The notes beneath the pieces were generated by a model, which was given only the letters and a program-made list of their open reading frames with translations, was not told the DNA's origin and did no database searches. Source: Promethearchaeota archaeon (lineage in GTDB: Archaea > Asgardarchaeota > Lokiarchaeia > Sigyniarchaeales > SOKP01). From it: 45,289 nucleotides of DNA. The position numbers and the translations under genes are program-made. Location: the NCBI GenBank assembly GCA_048938895.1, contig JBHLLU010000014.1:1-45289 (forward strand). Reading direction: 5' to 3'. Shown here piece by piece: positions 28,821-38,967 of this stretch; positions within the stretch are counted from its first letter, which is position 1, and every line of letters starts with the position of its first letter.

Positions 28821-30392
28821 GTGGATAATTTGGAAGTTGTAGAAGATTTAGATCTTAAATCTGAAACAAAAAAAAGATGGAAGTTAAAAAGTCGAGTAAA
28901 AAGCGAAAAAAAGTCAATTAAAGAGAGTATTTCAGAAATCTTATTTTTATTACCAGCTTATTTAGCTCTAATTTTATTTGTATTTCTTCCTATAGGTTTT
29001 GCCTTATTGATCAGTTTTTACCGAAATCCTACCCCCTTGGATTTAAGAAATGCATTTTTTTATTATACAAATCCGGATAATTTATCATATGTTTCGCTTT
29101 TAAGTTTCTTCTTTTTAGATGAGCCCTTTAATAAAGGCATTTTTCTAATAGCAGGATTAACAATACTTCTAACTACAATTTTTACGATTTGGTATAGTCG
29201 ATTAGCATACAAAAGGCTAAAAATTCTAAAACGATTTAAGAGTAAACTTATAAGAATCAGTATAGCAGTTATATTTGGATTAATTGTAGCACCACTTACT
29301 TTATTTGTCTTTGAATGGGTAATAAAGGGATTTACATTCTTGGGAACATTGGGACTTCCATTAGATGAGTATAGAGAGGTATTAACAGCGCCAGATATCG
29401 ATTTCTTGAGAATACTTTTTAATACATTTTTTTGGACATTGTTTTGTACGTTTCTGCATATAATTTTAGGGATCGGGCTAGCGGTTCTTCTAAATCGCAA
29501 ATTTAAAGGTAGAGGGCTTTTTAGGTCTCTTTTTATCTTACCATGGGCTATACCTTCATTTGTATCTACATTAATGTGGAGATCTTATGTATTTGATAGT
29601 GATATAGGGGTATTTGGTTCTCTTACTACCCAGTTCGGTGACAGTGCTGCTTTTACTTTTGGTAATTTATTTAGTATAATCATGGCAGTTATATCTGGTA
29701 TCCTTATTGTTGTCTACTCTTATAAACTGTTAAATAAACGAATTAAAATAAAGCCTAAGTTTAAACCGGGCATCCTGGTTATTACTGGAATTTTGGGTAT
29801 TCTTTTAGTTATTTTTTTGAATGATATTTTTCAAAGTACTCTAGGCAGAATTCAAGCTGGAGCTTTAGGTTATAAAATTATTGATATACCAAAGATTCAA
29901 TCCACTTTTTGGATTACAGATGATATCTATATATTTGGTTATCAATTTAAAATGATAACCTTTTCGGCTATTTTAATTAATGTTTGGTTAGGAGTTCCGT
30001 TCATGATGCTTTCATTTCTTGCAACAATGCAATCAATACCAAATGAATTGTATGAAGCTGCAGAAATTGATGGATTGTCAGGTTGGAGTCAATTTAGAAA
30101 GGTAACACTCCCTCTTCTTAAACCAACACTATTAACCGTCTCATTATTGGGTATTATATGGACTTTTAATTTATTTAATGTAGTATATTTATTGTCTCAA
30201 AACCAAACTGGTATAGGGGATCCTGTCTACTATGACATTTTTGTTACTTTTATCTATACTCGATTTAATCCAGATAGACAATATTCTCAAGCAAGTGCTC
30301 TAAGTTTCACAGTTTTCATAATTTTAATATCATTTAGTTTAGTTTATCGTAGATTAATAAGAACAGAAGAACTGTGGGAGAGTGAGACATAA
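28821..30392 (+). CDS. malF: Sugar ABC transporter permease (MalF-like)
   Basis: LPWAIP, NVWLGVPFMM, ELYEAAEIDG EAA motif, WTFNLFN. Confidence 0.9.
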   Translation: MDNLEVVEDLDLKSETKKRWKLKSRVKSEKKSIKESISEILFLLPAYLALILFVFLPIGFALLISFYRNPTPLDLRNAFFYYTNPDNLSYVSLLSFFFLDEPFNKGIFLIAGLTILLTTIFTIWYSRLAYKRLKILKRFKSKLIRISIAVIFGLIVAPLTLFVFEWVIKGFTFLGTLGLPLDEYREVLTAPDIDFLRILFNTFFWTLFCTFLHIILGIGLAVLLNRKFKGRGLFRSLFILPWAIPSFVSTLMWRSYVFDSDIGVFGSLTTQFGDSAAFTFGNLFSIIMAVISGILIVVYSYKLLNKRIKIKPKFKPGILVITGILGILLVIFLNDIFQSTLGRIQAGALGYKIIDIPKIQSTFWITDDIYIFGYQFKMITFSAILINVWLGVPFMMLSFLATMQSIPNELYEAAEIDGLSGWSQFRKVTLPLLKPTLLTVSLLGIIWTFNLFNVVYLLSQNQTGIGDPVYYDIFVTFIYTRFNPDRQYSQASALSFTVFIILISFSLVYRRLIRTEELWESET

Positions 30393-30395
30393 ATT

Positions 30396-31979
30396 ATGGA
30401 GACTAACATAGCAACGGAAATTAATTTAGATTTAAAGCAAAATGGTAACACGACGCGGGGTTTTAAAAATCAAAAAATAAAGAATTGGGACTATATATTA
30501 TTGTTTTTGTTATTATTTAGTTTTATATTAATTATAGTTGGTTTTTGGGAAACTGAAACAATATTGTGGAATAGAATCAAATATACTACAGGAGCTGGTT
30601 CCCAATGGTCGAGTGCTAATCCAATTTATTTAAATACTCCTCTATCGCACCTTACTTTAAAGTTAATTAGAAATATGCTTTTTTATGCTATAGGAAATAT
30701 TACTCTTTTAATAATTACTGGAATAGCTATATATCGATACATTGTACGGAAACATTGGTTTAAAACAACTAGAATTCTGCTAATAATGTTAGGTATTTTT
30801 AGTGTAATAGCTGCTTTAACAGGATTTTGGCAAAGATATAGTCTAATAATTCTTGAAGCTCTACCTTCCTTTGATACAGGAGAAACATCTGGGTTTGAAT
30901 GGATTAGAGGAGAGATTAGAGTTCAATCTGCTATCATTGAATTATACAGTATTGTATTTTTGTGTTCTTCAATTTTTATATTAGGGGTCTCAATTTTTAT
31001 AATTTTTAAAAATAGACATCACTTTCGTAAAAATAATGAAGAGCTTAATATTATATTAAATAAAGATAAGAATGTTTCAGTAATTGAGAATAAAAAGTTT
31101 GCTTCTAAATCAAATTTTAAGAATTTTATTAAAACAATACCAATATACCTAATACTCCTTCTATATCTAATTTTCACCTTATTTCCAGTATTTCTAACAG
31201 TGATGGCTTCATTATCAACTCCATTTGAAATAACTCGTGGAAGAACACCCAGTGATCCAATTAGTTCAATGATAATGAATTACTCTTCAGTTATGTTTAC
31301 AGTAGGAGTAGATGAACCGGCATTTAGAAATGCTCTCTTTAATAGTCTCTTTTTAGGATTTGGAACAAGCTTTATTGGCTTAGTGCTTTCAGTAGCTTCA
31401 GCATATGCTTTGGCTCGCTTTAGATTCAGAGGAAAATCATTAATGACATTTATAATATTATCAACTCAAATGTTTCCAGCGATTATATTATTGATTCCTC
31501 AATATGTGATTATGAGTGAATTGGGTTTTTTAAGAAGACCTGTAGTTTTATTTGGACTATTGTTGGTTATGGCAACTGGATCAACAGCATATGTCACTTG
31601 GATGATGAAGGGTTATTTTGAGACAATTCCAGTTGATATTGAAGAAGCTGCTTATATTGATGGTTATGGTAAGTTCTCTACATTTGTAAAAATTGCCCTT
31701 CCACTGGCAAAATCTGGAATGGTTGCAGTAATGGTGTTTACTTTCCTTTCTGCATGGCAAGAATTCGTTTTAGCACGAACATTTATCGGAGAAACTGATC
31801 CTCGTGCTACTCTACCACTACTTTTTTATAATTATCAAAATTTAAATGCTCCTGATAATCCTACATTTTATGAGTTATTATCCCCTTACTCTCTTTTAGT
31901 AGCAACACCAGTTGTTATGTTTTATTTGGTAATGCAAAAACAACTCGTTTCAGGGGCAATAGCTGGAGGAGTAAAATAA
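30396..31979 (+). CDS. malG: Sugar ABC transporter permease (MalG-like) with long N-terminal membrane extension
   Basis: AYALARFRFRG, QMFP, KGYFETIPVDIEEAAYIDG, WQEF, C-terminal GGVK. Confidence 0.9.
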   Translation: METNIATEINLDLKQNGNTTRGFKNQKIKNWDYILLFLLLFSFILIIVGFWETETILWNRIKYTTGAGSQWSSANPIYLNTPLSHLTLKLIRNMLFYAIGNITLLIITGIAIYRYIVRKHWFKTTRILLIMLGIFSVIAALTGFWQRYSLIILEALPSFDTGETSGFEWIRGEIRVQSAIIELYSIVFLCSSIFILGVSIFIIFKNRHHFRKNNEELNIILNKDKNVSVIENKKFASKSNFKNFIKTIPIYLILLLYLIFTLFPVFLTVMASLSTPFEITRGRTPSDPISSMIMNYSSVMFTVGVDEPAFRNALFNSLFLGFGTSFIGLVLSVASAYALARFRFRGKSLMTFIILSTQMFPAIILLIPQYVIMSELGFLRRPVVLFGLLLVMATGSTAYVTWMMKGYFETIPVDIEEAAYIDGYGKFSTFVKIALPLAKSGMVAVMVFTFLSAWQEFVLARTFIGETDPRATLPLLFYNYQNLNAPDNPTFYELLSPYSLLVATPVVMFYLVMQKQLVSGAIAGGVK

Positions 31980-31993
31980 GGAGGTTAAAAAAA

Positions 31994-33610
31994 ATGGCCA
32001 AAGTAAAATATGAAAATGTTACTAAAAAGTTTGGAAATTTTACAGCAGTAAATAATTTTAATCTAGAAATCGAAGATCACGAATTTCTTTGCTTAGTAGG
32101 ACCATCTGGTTGCGGGAAATCTACGACATTACGAATGCTTGCAGGATTGGATCAGATAACTGAAGGTACAATAACAATAGGAGATCGAATTGTCAATGAG
32201 GTTGACCCAAAAGAAAGAGGGATCGCAATGGTATTTCAGAGTTATGCCTTGTATCCACATTATAATGTCTATGATAATTTAGCTTTTGGTTTAAGAGCAC
32301 AATCAACGAAGTCTGCAAAATCAGGGAGATGGCTGTTATTGTTAATGCTTTTAACGATTTACCTTATTATTATCCCCGAAATACTTTATGCAGTTAGTTT
32401 GATTCTCAATATGATCGTTTTTGGTTTTGGAAATACAATTTTAATTGCTGGATTAGTAAGTTATTTAGCGACGATAGTATTATATTCTGATATTCGAAAA
32501 GCCATAAAACAGAAACTGATTTCTTTCATCAGTAATTCTGAACATAAAACACTTTCTTTGATAATATCTTTTTTATTAATAGGACTTATAGCATCTCAAT
32601 TATTGATAATATTTGGCGGTTTAACACTAGCTATAATGCTTACTTCATCATCTCTTCCTCTTGAGTTCTCTATTTTAATTGCGATTATAGCTTATATTAT
32701 CTTTGGTTTAATTCCATATTTATTTATGTTGGTATATTACATTTTCTTCAAGTGGAACCCTGTATTGTTAATACAAGAATATGTTGAGAGAGAAAATGAA
32801 ATCGAAGAGAAAATTGATAATACAGCTAAATTATTGGAACTTGAAGAACAATTGTATAAAAAACCAAAACAATTGAGTGGGGGTCAACGTCAACGGGTAG
32901 CTCTTGGTCGGGCAATAATTCGTAATCCTGTGGTTTTTCTTTTAGATGAACCTCTCAGCAATTTAGATGCAAAACTGAGAGTCCAGATGAGGGCTGAATT
33001 GCAGAGATTATCGAAAAGATTAGGAGTTACGTCGATATATGTAACTCATGATCAAATCGAAGCGATGACATTAGGACATAGGATTGCTGTAATGAATGAA
33101 GGATTATTACAACAAGTTGGGACTCCTGATGAAGTATATTTAAGGCCAATAAACAGATTTGTCGCTGGTTTTATAGGATCTCCCTCGATGAATTTTGTGA
33201 GTGGTAATATTGAAGAAAAAGGTGATATTTTATATTTTATTAGTGATGTTTTAGAATATAAAATTCCTGAAAGATATAAAATATTAAAACAACATCTCAA
33301 TCAAGAAGTAATATTAGGAATCAGACCAGAACATATAAGAGTGAATACTGTTAGTAACGACGAGAATCGATATAAGGTAACTATTGGAGTGTCTGAACCT
33401 GTTGGATCTGATACTTTTATATATATTGATTTTCCTAAACCTATAATTGAGAAGTATGTATATATTGGCTTTCCCAAAGAATTTACAATGATAGTTAAAC
33501 TTGAAGGTATAAGTACTCTTAAAGTAGATGAGGAAGTCGAAGTTACTTTTAGTACTGAGCAAATTCATTTTTTTGAGAAAAAATCAGAAAAGAGAATCGA
33601 GCCTAAATAA
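31994..33610 (+). CDS. malK: Sugar ABC transporter ATPase (MalK-like) with internal hydrophobic insertion
   Basis: GPSGCGKST Walker A, FQSYALYPH Q-loop, LSGGQRQR, LLDEPLSNLD, VTHDQ, FIGSP, GIRPEH TOBE domain. Confidence 0.93.
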   Translation: MAKVKYENVTKKFGNFTAVNNFNLEIEDHEFLCLVGPSGCGKSTTLRMLAGLDQITEGTITIGDRIVNEVDPKERGIAMVFQSYALYPHYNVYDNLAFGLRAQSTKSAKSGRWLLLLMLLTIYLIIIPEILYAVSLILNMIVFGFGNTILIAGLVSYLATIVLYSDIRKAIKQKLISFISNSEHKTLSLIISFLLIGLIASQLLIIFGGLTLAIMLTSSSLPLEFSILIAIIAYIIFGLIPYLFMLVYYIFFKWNPVLLIQEYVERENEIEEKIDNTAKLLELEEQLYKKPKQLSGGQRQRVALGRAIIRNPVVFLLDEPLSNLDAKLRVQMRAELQRLSKRLGVTSIYVTHDQIEAMTLGHRIAVMNEGLLQQVGTPDEVYLRPINRFVAGFIGSPSMNFVSGNIEEKGDILYFISDVLEYKIPERYKILKQHLNQEVILGIRPEHIRVNTVSNDENRYKVTIGVSEPVGSDTFIYIDFPKPIIEKYVYIGFPKEFTMIVKLEGISTLKVDEEVEVTFSTEQIHFFEKKSEKRIEPK

Positions 33611-33704
33611 ATTATTTTTATTTTTTTTCTTTTAATATTGAATCATTAAGAAAATAATCAACCTAATCAATTAATGACCATAAATAAGGATTGGTGAAAA
33701 AACA

Positions 33705-35249
33705 ATGAATAATCCTAGGAGAAAAAAAAGTTTATTTAAAAATTCACAATACATTAGTAGATTTGGGGGAATATTGCTGCACCCAACGAGCTTACCCGGA
33801 GAGTATGGAATTGGAGATCTGGGGCCAGAAGTTTATAAATTTATAGATTTTCTTGAAGAATATGAACAAAACCTTTGGCAGGTCTTATCACTTGGACCCA
33901 CTGGTTATGGAAACTCCCCGTATCAATGTTTTTCAGCTTTTGCTGGAAATCATTTAATCATAAGTCCTGAGAAATTAAATGAAATTCGATTACTAACTAA
34001 AAAAGATTGCAAACCCCAAGAGCCCTTTTCAGATTCAAATGTAGATTTTAGCAAAGTTATTCCTTATAAAGAAGAATTACTCAAAATTGCTTTCGAGAAA
34101 TTCCTAAAAAATCGACCCCTCAAATTAGAGAAGGAATTTAATGAGTTTAAATATAAACATTCGTTTTGGTTAAAAGATTACAGTCTATTTATGTCAATTA
34201 AACATGCTCACGATTTTAAACCTTGGAATAAATGGGACGAAGAACTACGTTATCGAAATATTTCGACCCTAAATCGATGGCAAAAAGAATATGAAAAAGA
34301 GATTGAGTTTCATTCTTTTATACAGTATCTTTTCTTCAAACAATGGAATGAAATAAAAAAATATGGAAATCTTAAAAATATCAAAATAATTGGAGATATC
34401 CCTATTTTTGTAGCCTATGATTCTGTTGATGTTTGGGTAAATCCCGAAAATTATATTCTAAATGATAAAAGAGAATTAAAATTTATTTCAGGAGTCCCAC
34501 CAGATTATTTTTCTGCTACGGGCCAGAGATGGGGAAATCCTTTATATAATTGGAGTTTAATGAAAAATCAAGGTTATCACTGGTGGATTCAACGGATAAA
34601 ACACAATCTTGAACAGGTTGATATATTACGAATAGATCATTTTCGTGGTTTTGAATCATATTGGCAAATCCCAGCATACGAAAAAACAGCTGTCAATGGT
34701 GAATGGATAAAAGGACCTGGATTAGATTTCTTCATTGCATTGAAGGATTCTTTAGGTTCTCTTCCAATTATTGCTGAGGATCTAGGACTAATCACTCGCG
34801 AAGTGGAAGAGTTGCTTTATCAGACAAGTTTCCCTGGTATGCGAGTTTTACAGTTTGCTTTTGATGAATCAGATTCAAATTCTGTTAGCTATAAATATCT
34901 TCCTCACAATTTTTATCCAAATACAATTGTTTACACAGGAACTCACGATAACCAAACTACAAGAGCTTGGTTTGAGAATTTACCTGAAAAATTTAAACGA
35001 AAAGTACTTGATTATACAAATTCAAACGGTAAGGATATTATTGGAGATTTAATTCGTCTAGCTTGGAGTTCTGTTGCCAATATGGCAATTATTCCATTAC
35101 AAGATCTTTTAAGATTAGGAGATGAAGCTAGAATGAATCTTCCGGGATCAGAAAGGAATAATTGGGAATGGCGCTTCAGTTGGAATCAAGTTACGAGTGA
35201 TTATGGAAAAGAGATAAGAAATTTAAGTCGATTATATGGCAGAAATTAA
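33705..35249 (+). CDS. malQ: 4-alpha-glucanotransferase (amylomaltase, GH77)
   Basis: GILLHPTSLPG, SPY..FSAFAGN, GVPPDYFSATGQRWGNP, RIDHFRGF, IAEDLG, YTGTHDN. Confidence 0.96.
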   Translation: MNNPRRKKSLFKNSQYISRFGGILLHPTSLPGEYGIGDLGPEVYKFIDFLEEYEQNLWQVLSLGPTGYGNSPYQCFSAFAGNHLIISPEKLNEIRLLTKKDCKPQEPFSDSNVDFSKVIPYKEELLKIAFEKFLKNRPLKLEKEFNEFKYKHSFWLKDYSLFMSIKHAHDFKPWNKWDEELRYRNISTLNRWQKEYEKEIEFHSFIQYLFFKQWNEIKKYGNLKNIKIIGDIPIFVAYDSVDVWVNPENYILNDKRELKFISGVPPDYFSATGQRWGNPLYNWSLMKNQGYHWWIQRIKHNLEQVDILRIDHFRGFESYWQIPAYEKTAVNGEWIKGPGLDFFIALKDSLGSLPIIAEDLGLITREVEELLYQTSFPGMRVLQFAFDESDSNSVSYKYLPHNFYPNTIVYTGTHDNQTTRAWFENLPEKFKRKVLDYTNSNGKDIIGDLIRLAWSSVANMAIIPLQDLLRLGDEARMNLPGSERNNWEWRFSWNQVTSDYGKEIRNLSRLYGRN

Positions 35250-35252
35250 AAA

Positions 35253-35272
35253 GATCATATGATATTATGATC
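35253..35272. terminator. Inverted repeat between convergent malQ and tfb
   Basis: GATCATA-N6-TATGATC just after the malQ stop; function inferred only from position. Confidence 0.3.
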
Positions 35273-35324
35273 CAGACTGTGTTTTTAAAATTTGAAGGAA
35301 CTTATAGCATAAATTCTGGAATTA

Positions 35325-36239
35325 TTATATTTCAATTAGATTTTTAATATCTCTTATCCTACTTCTTATTGTAACTTCAGTTATTCGTGCAATATCTGCA
35401 ATTTCAAGTTGAGTTTTTTTATATATAGTATTTTTAGCAACTAGATAAAGTAGTGCTGCAGCTAACCCCTTTGGATCCTTACCTGCTAATATTTCACTAT
35501 TTTTTAACAAAAAGTTAACATTGTCTAATGCTTCGAATTTTAGCTTTTCTGGTAATCCTAACTTATTTCCAAACAAAAATATTAATTTTTCCACTGAAAT
35601 TGGATGATAATCTAAACTTAAAATTGGAAGAATCTCCCTTATAATCAGACCTAGACATCGAAATAAAGTATGTTTAGATATCATTGATGCTTCAGACACA
35701 TCTTCAAGTAAGCGTGGGAATTCATGAATTCGTATGGCAGCATATATAGAAGCCGCAATAAAACCTTCAATAGTCCTGCCCATTGTCAATTTCTTTTTGG
35801 CAACTTCGCTATATATTCTCCATGCGGTTTCACTAATATAATTAGGTATGTTGAGTTTTGAAGCATAGAGATGGAGTTTTGGTTTTGCTTCCCATAAATT
35901 TCTTTCTAATGAATCTATAAGAGATCGTTGTACTTTTGAGAGTCTTGAAAACATCATAGATTTTTTAGCATTTATTATTTTACCTTTAGAATCAATTCTG
36001 TTACTTGGTAGAATTGTCCTTGGCCCAAATTCACGCCATGATGGTTCTGTATGCCTTCGTTTCTTAATTTCTTCAACAGTATAAGCTCTTTGTTCAGTCT
36101 CTATGAAAACTTGTCCTAATATTGTTCCACAATTCGTACATACTCTAGCACCATGTTTTTCTTTTACAGATGGCTCCTCACAACACGAACTTTCTAGATT
36201 TTTTTTTTTAGTCTCAGACCAATCTTCACAGTTATATAT
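35325..36239 (-). CDS. tfb: Transcription initiation factor IIB (TFB) paralog
   Basis: Cyclin repeats (TMGRTIEGFIAASIYAAIR, GKDPKGLAAALLY, TQLEIA...TEVTIRSR). Frame stays open upstream of the track's ATG (35957) through SCCEEP...VCTNCG Zn ribbon and EQRAYT B-reader. Start uncertain (ATA 36239, or GTG 36229 with a frameshift). Confidence 0.88.
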   Translation of the reverse strand: MYNCEDWSETKKKNLESSCCEEPSVKEKHGARVCTNCGTILGQVFIETEQRAYTVEEIKKRRHTEPSWREFGPRTILPSNRIDSKGKIINAKKSMMFSRLSKVQRSLIDSLERNLWEAKPKLHLYASKLNIPNYISETAWRIYSEVAKKKLTMGRTIEGFIAASIYAAIRIHEFPRLLEDVSEASMISKHTLFRCLGLIIREILPILSLDYHPISVEKLIFLFGNKLGLPEKLKFEALDNVNFLLKNSEILAGKDPKGLAAALLYLVAKNTIYKKTQLEIADIARITEVTIRSRIRDIKNLIEI

Positions 36240-36434
36240 TTTCTTATATCCCCTTTTTTATTCTTGAATAATTTTAGAAAAATTGATCTAATTTCTTTTC
36301 CCGTTATTTACACATAAGTACAAGTAAAAAAACTTTATTCTTATATTGAATAAGCAAAATGTCAAGAAAACTATTAGATCGAAGGGAATAAATCAAATAT
36401 TCTTTCTTAATTCAATTTAATTGAAATTATATCT

Positions 36435-38579
36435 TTATAAAGTGGAAATAAATAAAAATCCCCAGTTTATTATTCCACCTATAATTAAAGCAACCGATAT
36501 TTCAAGCAAAGAGATTTGAAGGGCATACTTCCAATTTGTTTGTTTAGCAATTAAGATAATTGTCGCAAAACAGGGAATATATAACATAGTAACTAAACTG
36601 AAAGTAATCATCTGAATAGGCGTTAATAAATCTACAAGGGTTTTACCCGTATTTTCCGCAAAAAGAGCAAGAAGAACTAGAGTGAGTTCCTTACGAAGAA
36701 TGCCATAGATTAAGAATACTCCTGTAGCAAGAGGTAACCCTAACCAAAAACCTGAAATTGGCGACAGTATGAAATTTACTGGTTTTAATGCATTAAAAAT
36801 TAAGAGAATCTCAAGTAAAATCCCCAAAAAAATGATAATTGGGAGTGCTTTAGATATAAACTCTTTAGATCGAAGCCAAGTTTGTTTAAAGATTACGTTG
36901 TAATTAGGTACGCGATATTCATGCATTTCCATAATTAACTCAGTACAAGCTCCAGGCATAGTTTTATTAAGAATTCTACCGATTACTATTATTACTATAA
37001 AGTTAATAAAAAACAGAAAAAAAACCCAGGAAAATCCTAGGTATCTCCCTACTAAGCCCATAGCCACTGTCATTGTTGCCGCACAAGGTACTAGAGAAGT
37101 TAATACAATAGATATCTTTTTTTCCCGTTCAGTTTCCATAATTCTACAACCAGCGCATGCAGGGACATTGCATCCAAAACCTAATATCATGGGGATGATT
37201 GTTTTGCCATGAACACCAACAGTATGCATTATTCTATCCATTAGGAATGCGGCTCGAGGGAGATATCCAGAATCTTGCAAAACTTCAATAATTAAGAAGA
37301 ATGGAACAACATAAACTAAAACGCCACCTATAGCACCAATTATTCCTCCTACACCCCCATTCCATAATATTTTCACTAAAATAGAATTTTTTCCATAGAG
37401 ATTGTATATACTCTCACTCCATACCCCATATCCATTATCTAATAATCCTCCAAAGAAATTACCAACTGAGAAGGTAAAGAGATAAATTCCTAAAAGCACT
37501 AAAATTAAAATTAGATACCCCCAAATTGAATGAGTGGTGACATGATCTATTTTCTCAGCAATGGATATCTTTTTTGATCTTTTCTCCGTTTTTCGAACTA
37601 AGGCAGAGTCTACAATTTTATTAATGTTATTATAGATTTCTGATGAAATGATCGTGTTAATATCTTCTCCGTGCAACTCTTCAAGCTCCCTTCTTTTTTC
37701 ATTTGAAGAATGGATAATTTTTGAATCAGGTTCGCTGTTATTAAACATCTTCTGGATCTCCTCATCATTTTCTAAGAGTTTAATTGATAGAAATCTTGAG
37801 GGATAAGCTGTTATTTGTGATGTTGTTTCAATCATCTTTGCTAGGGTATCAATTTTGTTTTCAACCTCCTTTCCAAAGGAAAGAATGGGTGAAAGATCAG
37901 GAAATTCAAATTCCTTTTTTAAGGGACTCCAAGTTTTAACCTTCTGATGGATATGTTGTTTTCTGTTATAGCGATGTGAATGATGTCTAGATTCTCCAGT
38001 AGTTTTTTTATTATAATGAGCGTGAGGATGACGATAAAAAACCATTTCTATTGCTTCTTCAAGAAGCTGGTGTACACCAGTTCCATGCACAGCAATCACG
38101 GGCAAGACTGGTAATTTGAAGATTTCCTCTAATTTTTTAAAATCAATATCCATATTTCTCTTGTGTAAAACATCCATCTGATTGATTGCGAGAATCATAG
38201 GGATTTTTAATTCTAAGAGTTGAAACGTAAAAAATAGATTTCGTTCTAAATTGGTGGCATCTATCACATTGATTATTAAATCAACATCCTCAGATACGAC
38301 AAATTCTCTACTTACAATTTCTTCTATTGAAAATGTAGATAAGGAATAGATTCCTGGTAAATCAACTATATTGAAGTGATATCCAAGAAATTCGAGCTGG
38401 CCCTCCATCTTCTCGACAGTTTTACCTGGCCAGTTTCCAATTGTTTGTGAAAGCCCAGTTAATTGGTTAAAAATAACCGATTTACCTACATTTGGATTAC
38501 CAGCTAAAGCGATATTGATTGTATCTTTGTTATCAAGACCTTCTTTGGAATTCTTTAATTTGGGTAAATGACAACTCAT
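36435..38579 (-). CDS. feoB: Ferrous iron transporter B
   Basis: GNPNVGKS, GNWPGKTVE, DLPGIYSL, NQMD, DSGYLPRAAF, GFGCNVPA, LYIPC; His-rich insert after the G domain. Confidence 0.96.
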   Translation of the reverse strand: MSCHLPKLKNSKEGLDNKDTINIALAGNPNVGKSVIFNQLTGLSQTIGNWPGKTVEKMEGQLEFLGYHFNIVDLPGIYSLSTFSIEEIVSREFVVSEDVDLIINVIDATNLERNLFFTFQLLELKIPMILAINQMDVLHKRNMDIDFKKLEEIFKLPVLPVIAVHGTGVHQLLEEAIEMVFYRHPHAHYNKKTTGESRHHSHRYNRKQHIHQKVKTWSPLKKEFEFPDLSPILSFGKEVENKIDTLAKMIETTSQITAYPSRFLSIKLLENDEEIQKMFNNSEPDSKIIHSSNEKRRELEELHGEDINTIISSEIYNNINKIVDSALVRKTEKRSKKISIAEKIDHVTTHSIWGYLILILVLLGIYLFTFSVGNFFGGLLDNGYGVWSESIYNLYGKNSILVKILWNGGVGGIIGAIGGVLVYVVPFFLIIEVLQDSGYLPRAAFLMDRIMHTVGVHGKTIIPMILGFGCNVPACAGCRIMETEREKKISIVLTSLVPCAATMTVAMGLVGRYLGFSWVFFLFFINFIVIIVIGRILNKTMPGACTELIMEMHEYRVPNYNVIFKQTWLRSKEFISKALPIIIFLGILLEILLIFNALKPVNFILSPISGFWLGLPLATGVFLIYGILRKELTLVLLALFAENTGKTLVDLLTPIQMITFSLVTMLYIPCFATIILIAKQTNWKYALQISLLEISVALIIGGIINWGFLFISTL

Positions 38580-38613
38580 AATTTAAATAAAATGTTATAA
38601 ACGCATTTAAGGA

Positions 38614-38913
38614 TTAAAATTCACATTTATCTTCACATTGAACTATAATCTTTTGTGCTAATCCTCTTCCAATTACAAGTGAAGAACCTTTTACAATTAT
38701 TTCAAGTGGCCCCTTTAATGGGGCAGATTTCTTCTTTAGTATTTTCGCTCCAGGAACAATTCCTAAGTTCGCAAGACGCATTTTCGCTTTGTAACCTGCA
38801 TTTACACTTACAACAATTACTGATTCCCCTTTATCGCATTCTGTTAAACACTTAAGCAGAGATGCAGTTGGTTTTTTTTTCTCAAAATCGTTTTTAACGG
38901 CAGGTTTTATTAT
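38614..38913 (-). CDS. feoA: Ferrous iron transport protein A (missed by ORF track)
   Basis: Manual translation ...LTECDKGESVIVVSVNAGYKAKMRLANLGIVPGAKILKKKSAPLKGPLEIIVKGSSLVIGRGLAQKIIVQCEDKCEF*. No in-frame ATG/GTG/TTG upstream of the domain; ATA at 38916/38913/38910 follows GAGTGA. Confidence 0.9.
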   Translation of the reverse strand: MIKPAVKNDFEKKKPTASLLKCLTECDKGESVIVVSVNAGYKAKMRLANLGIVPGAKILKKKSAPLKGPLEIIVKGSSLVIGRGLAQKIIVQCEDKCEF

Positions 38914-38953
38914 TATATTTCACTCATTAGGGATCTTTTTTCTTAATTAAAAA

Positions 38954-38967
38954 TTAGGCATACCTAA
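38954..38967. promoter_or_regulatory. DtxR/MntR-family metal-repressor operator upstream of feoAB
   Basis: TTAGG-CATA-CCTAA palindrome abutting a minus-strand BRE/TATA (AAAAAG-TTTATATT, ~38967-38980). Confidence 0.75.

Noticed and set aside
32300-32791. MalK insertion as an intein or intron
   Set aside because: No C-terminal His-Asn splice junction or endonuclease motifs, no stops, and the sequence is strongly hydrophobic.
38655-38855. 66-aa plus-strand ORF in the track
   Set aside because: It is antisense to the clearly recognisable feoA.
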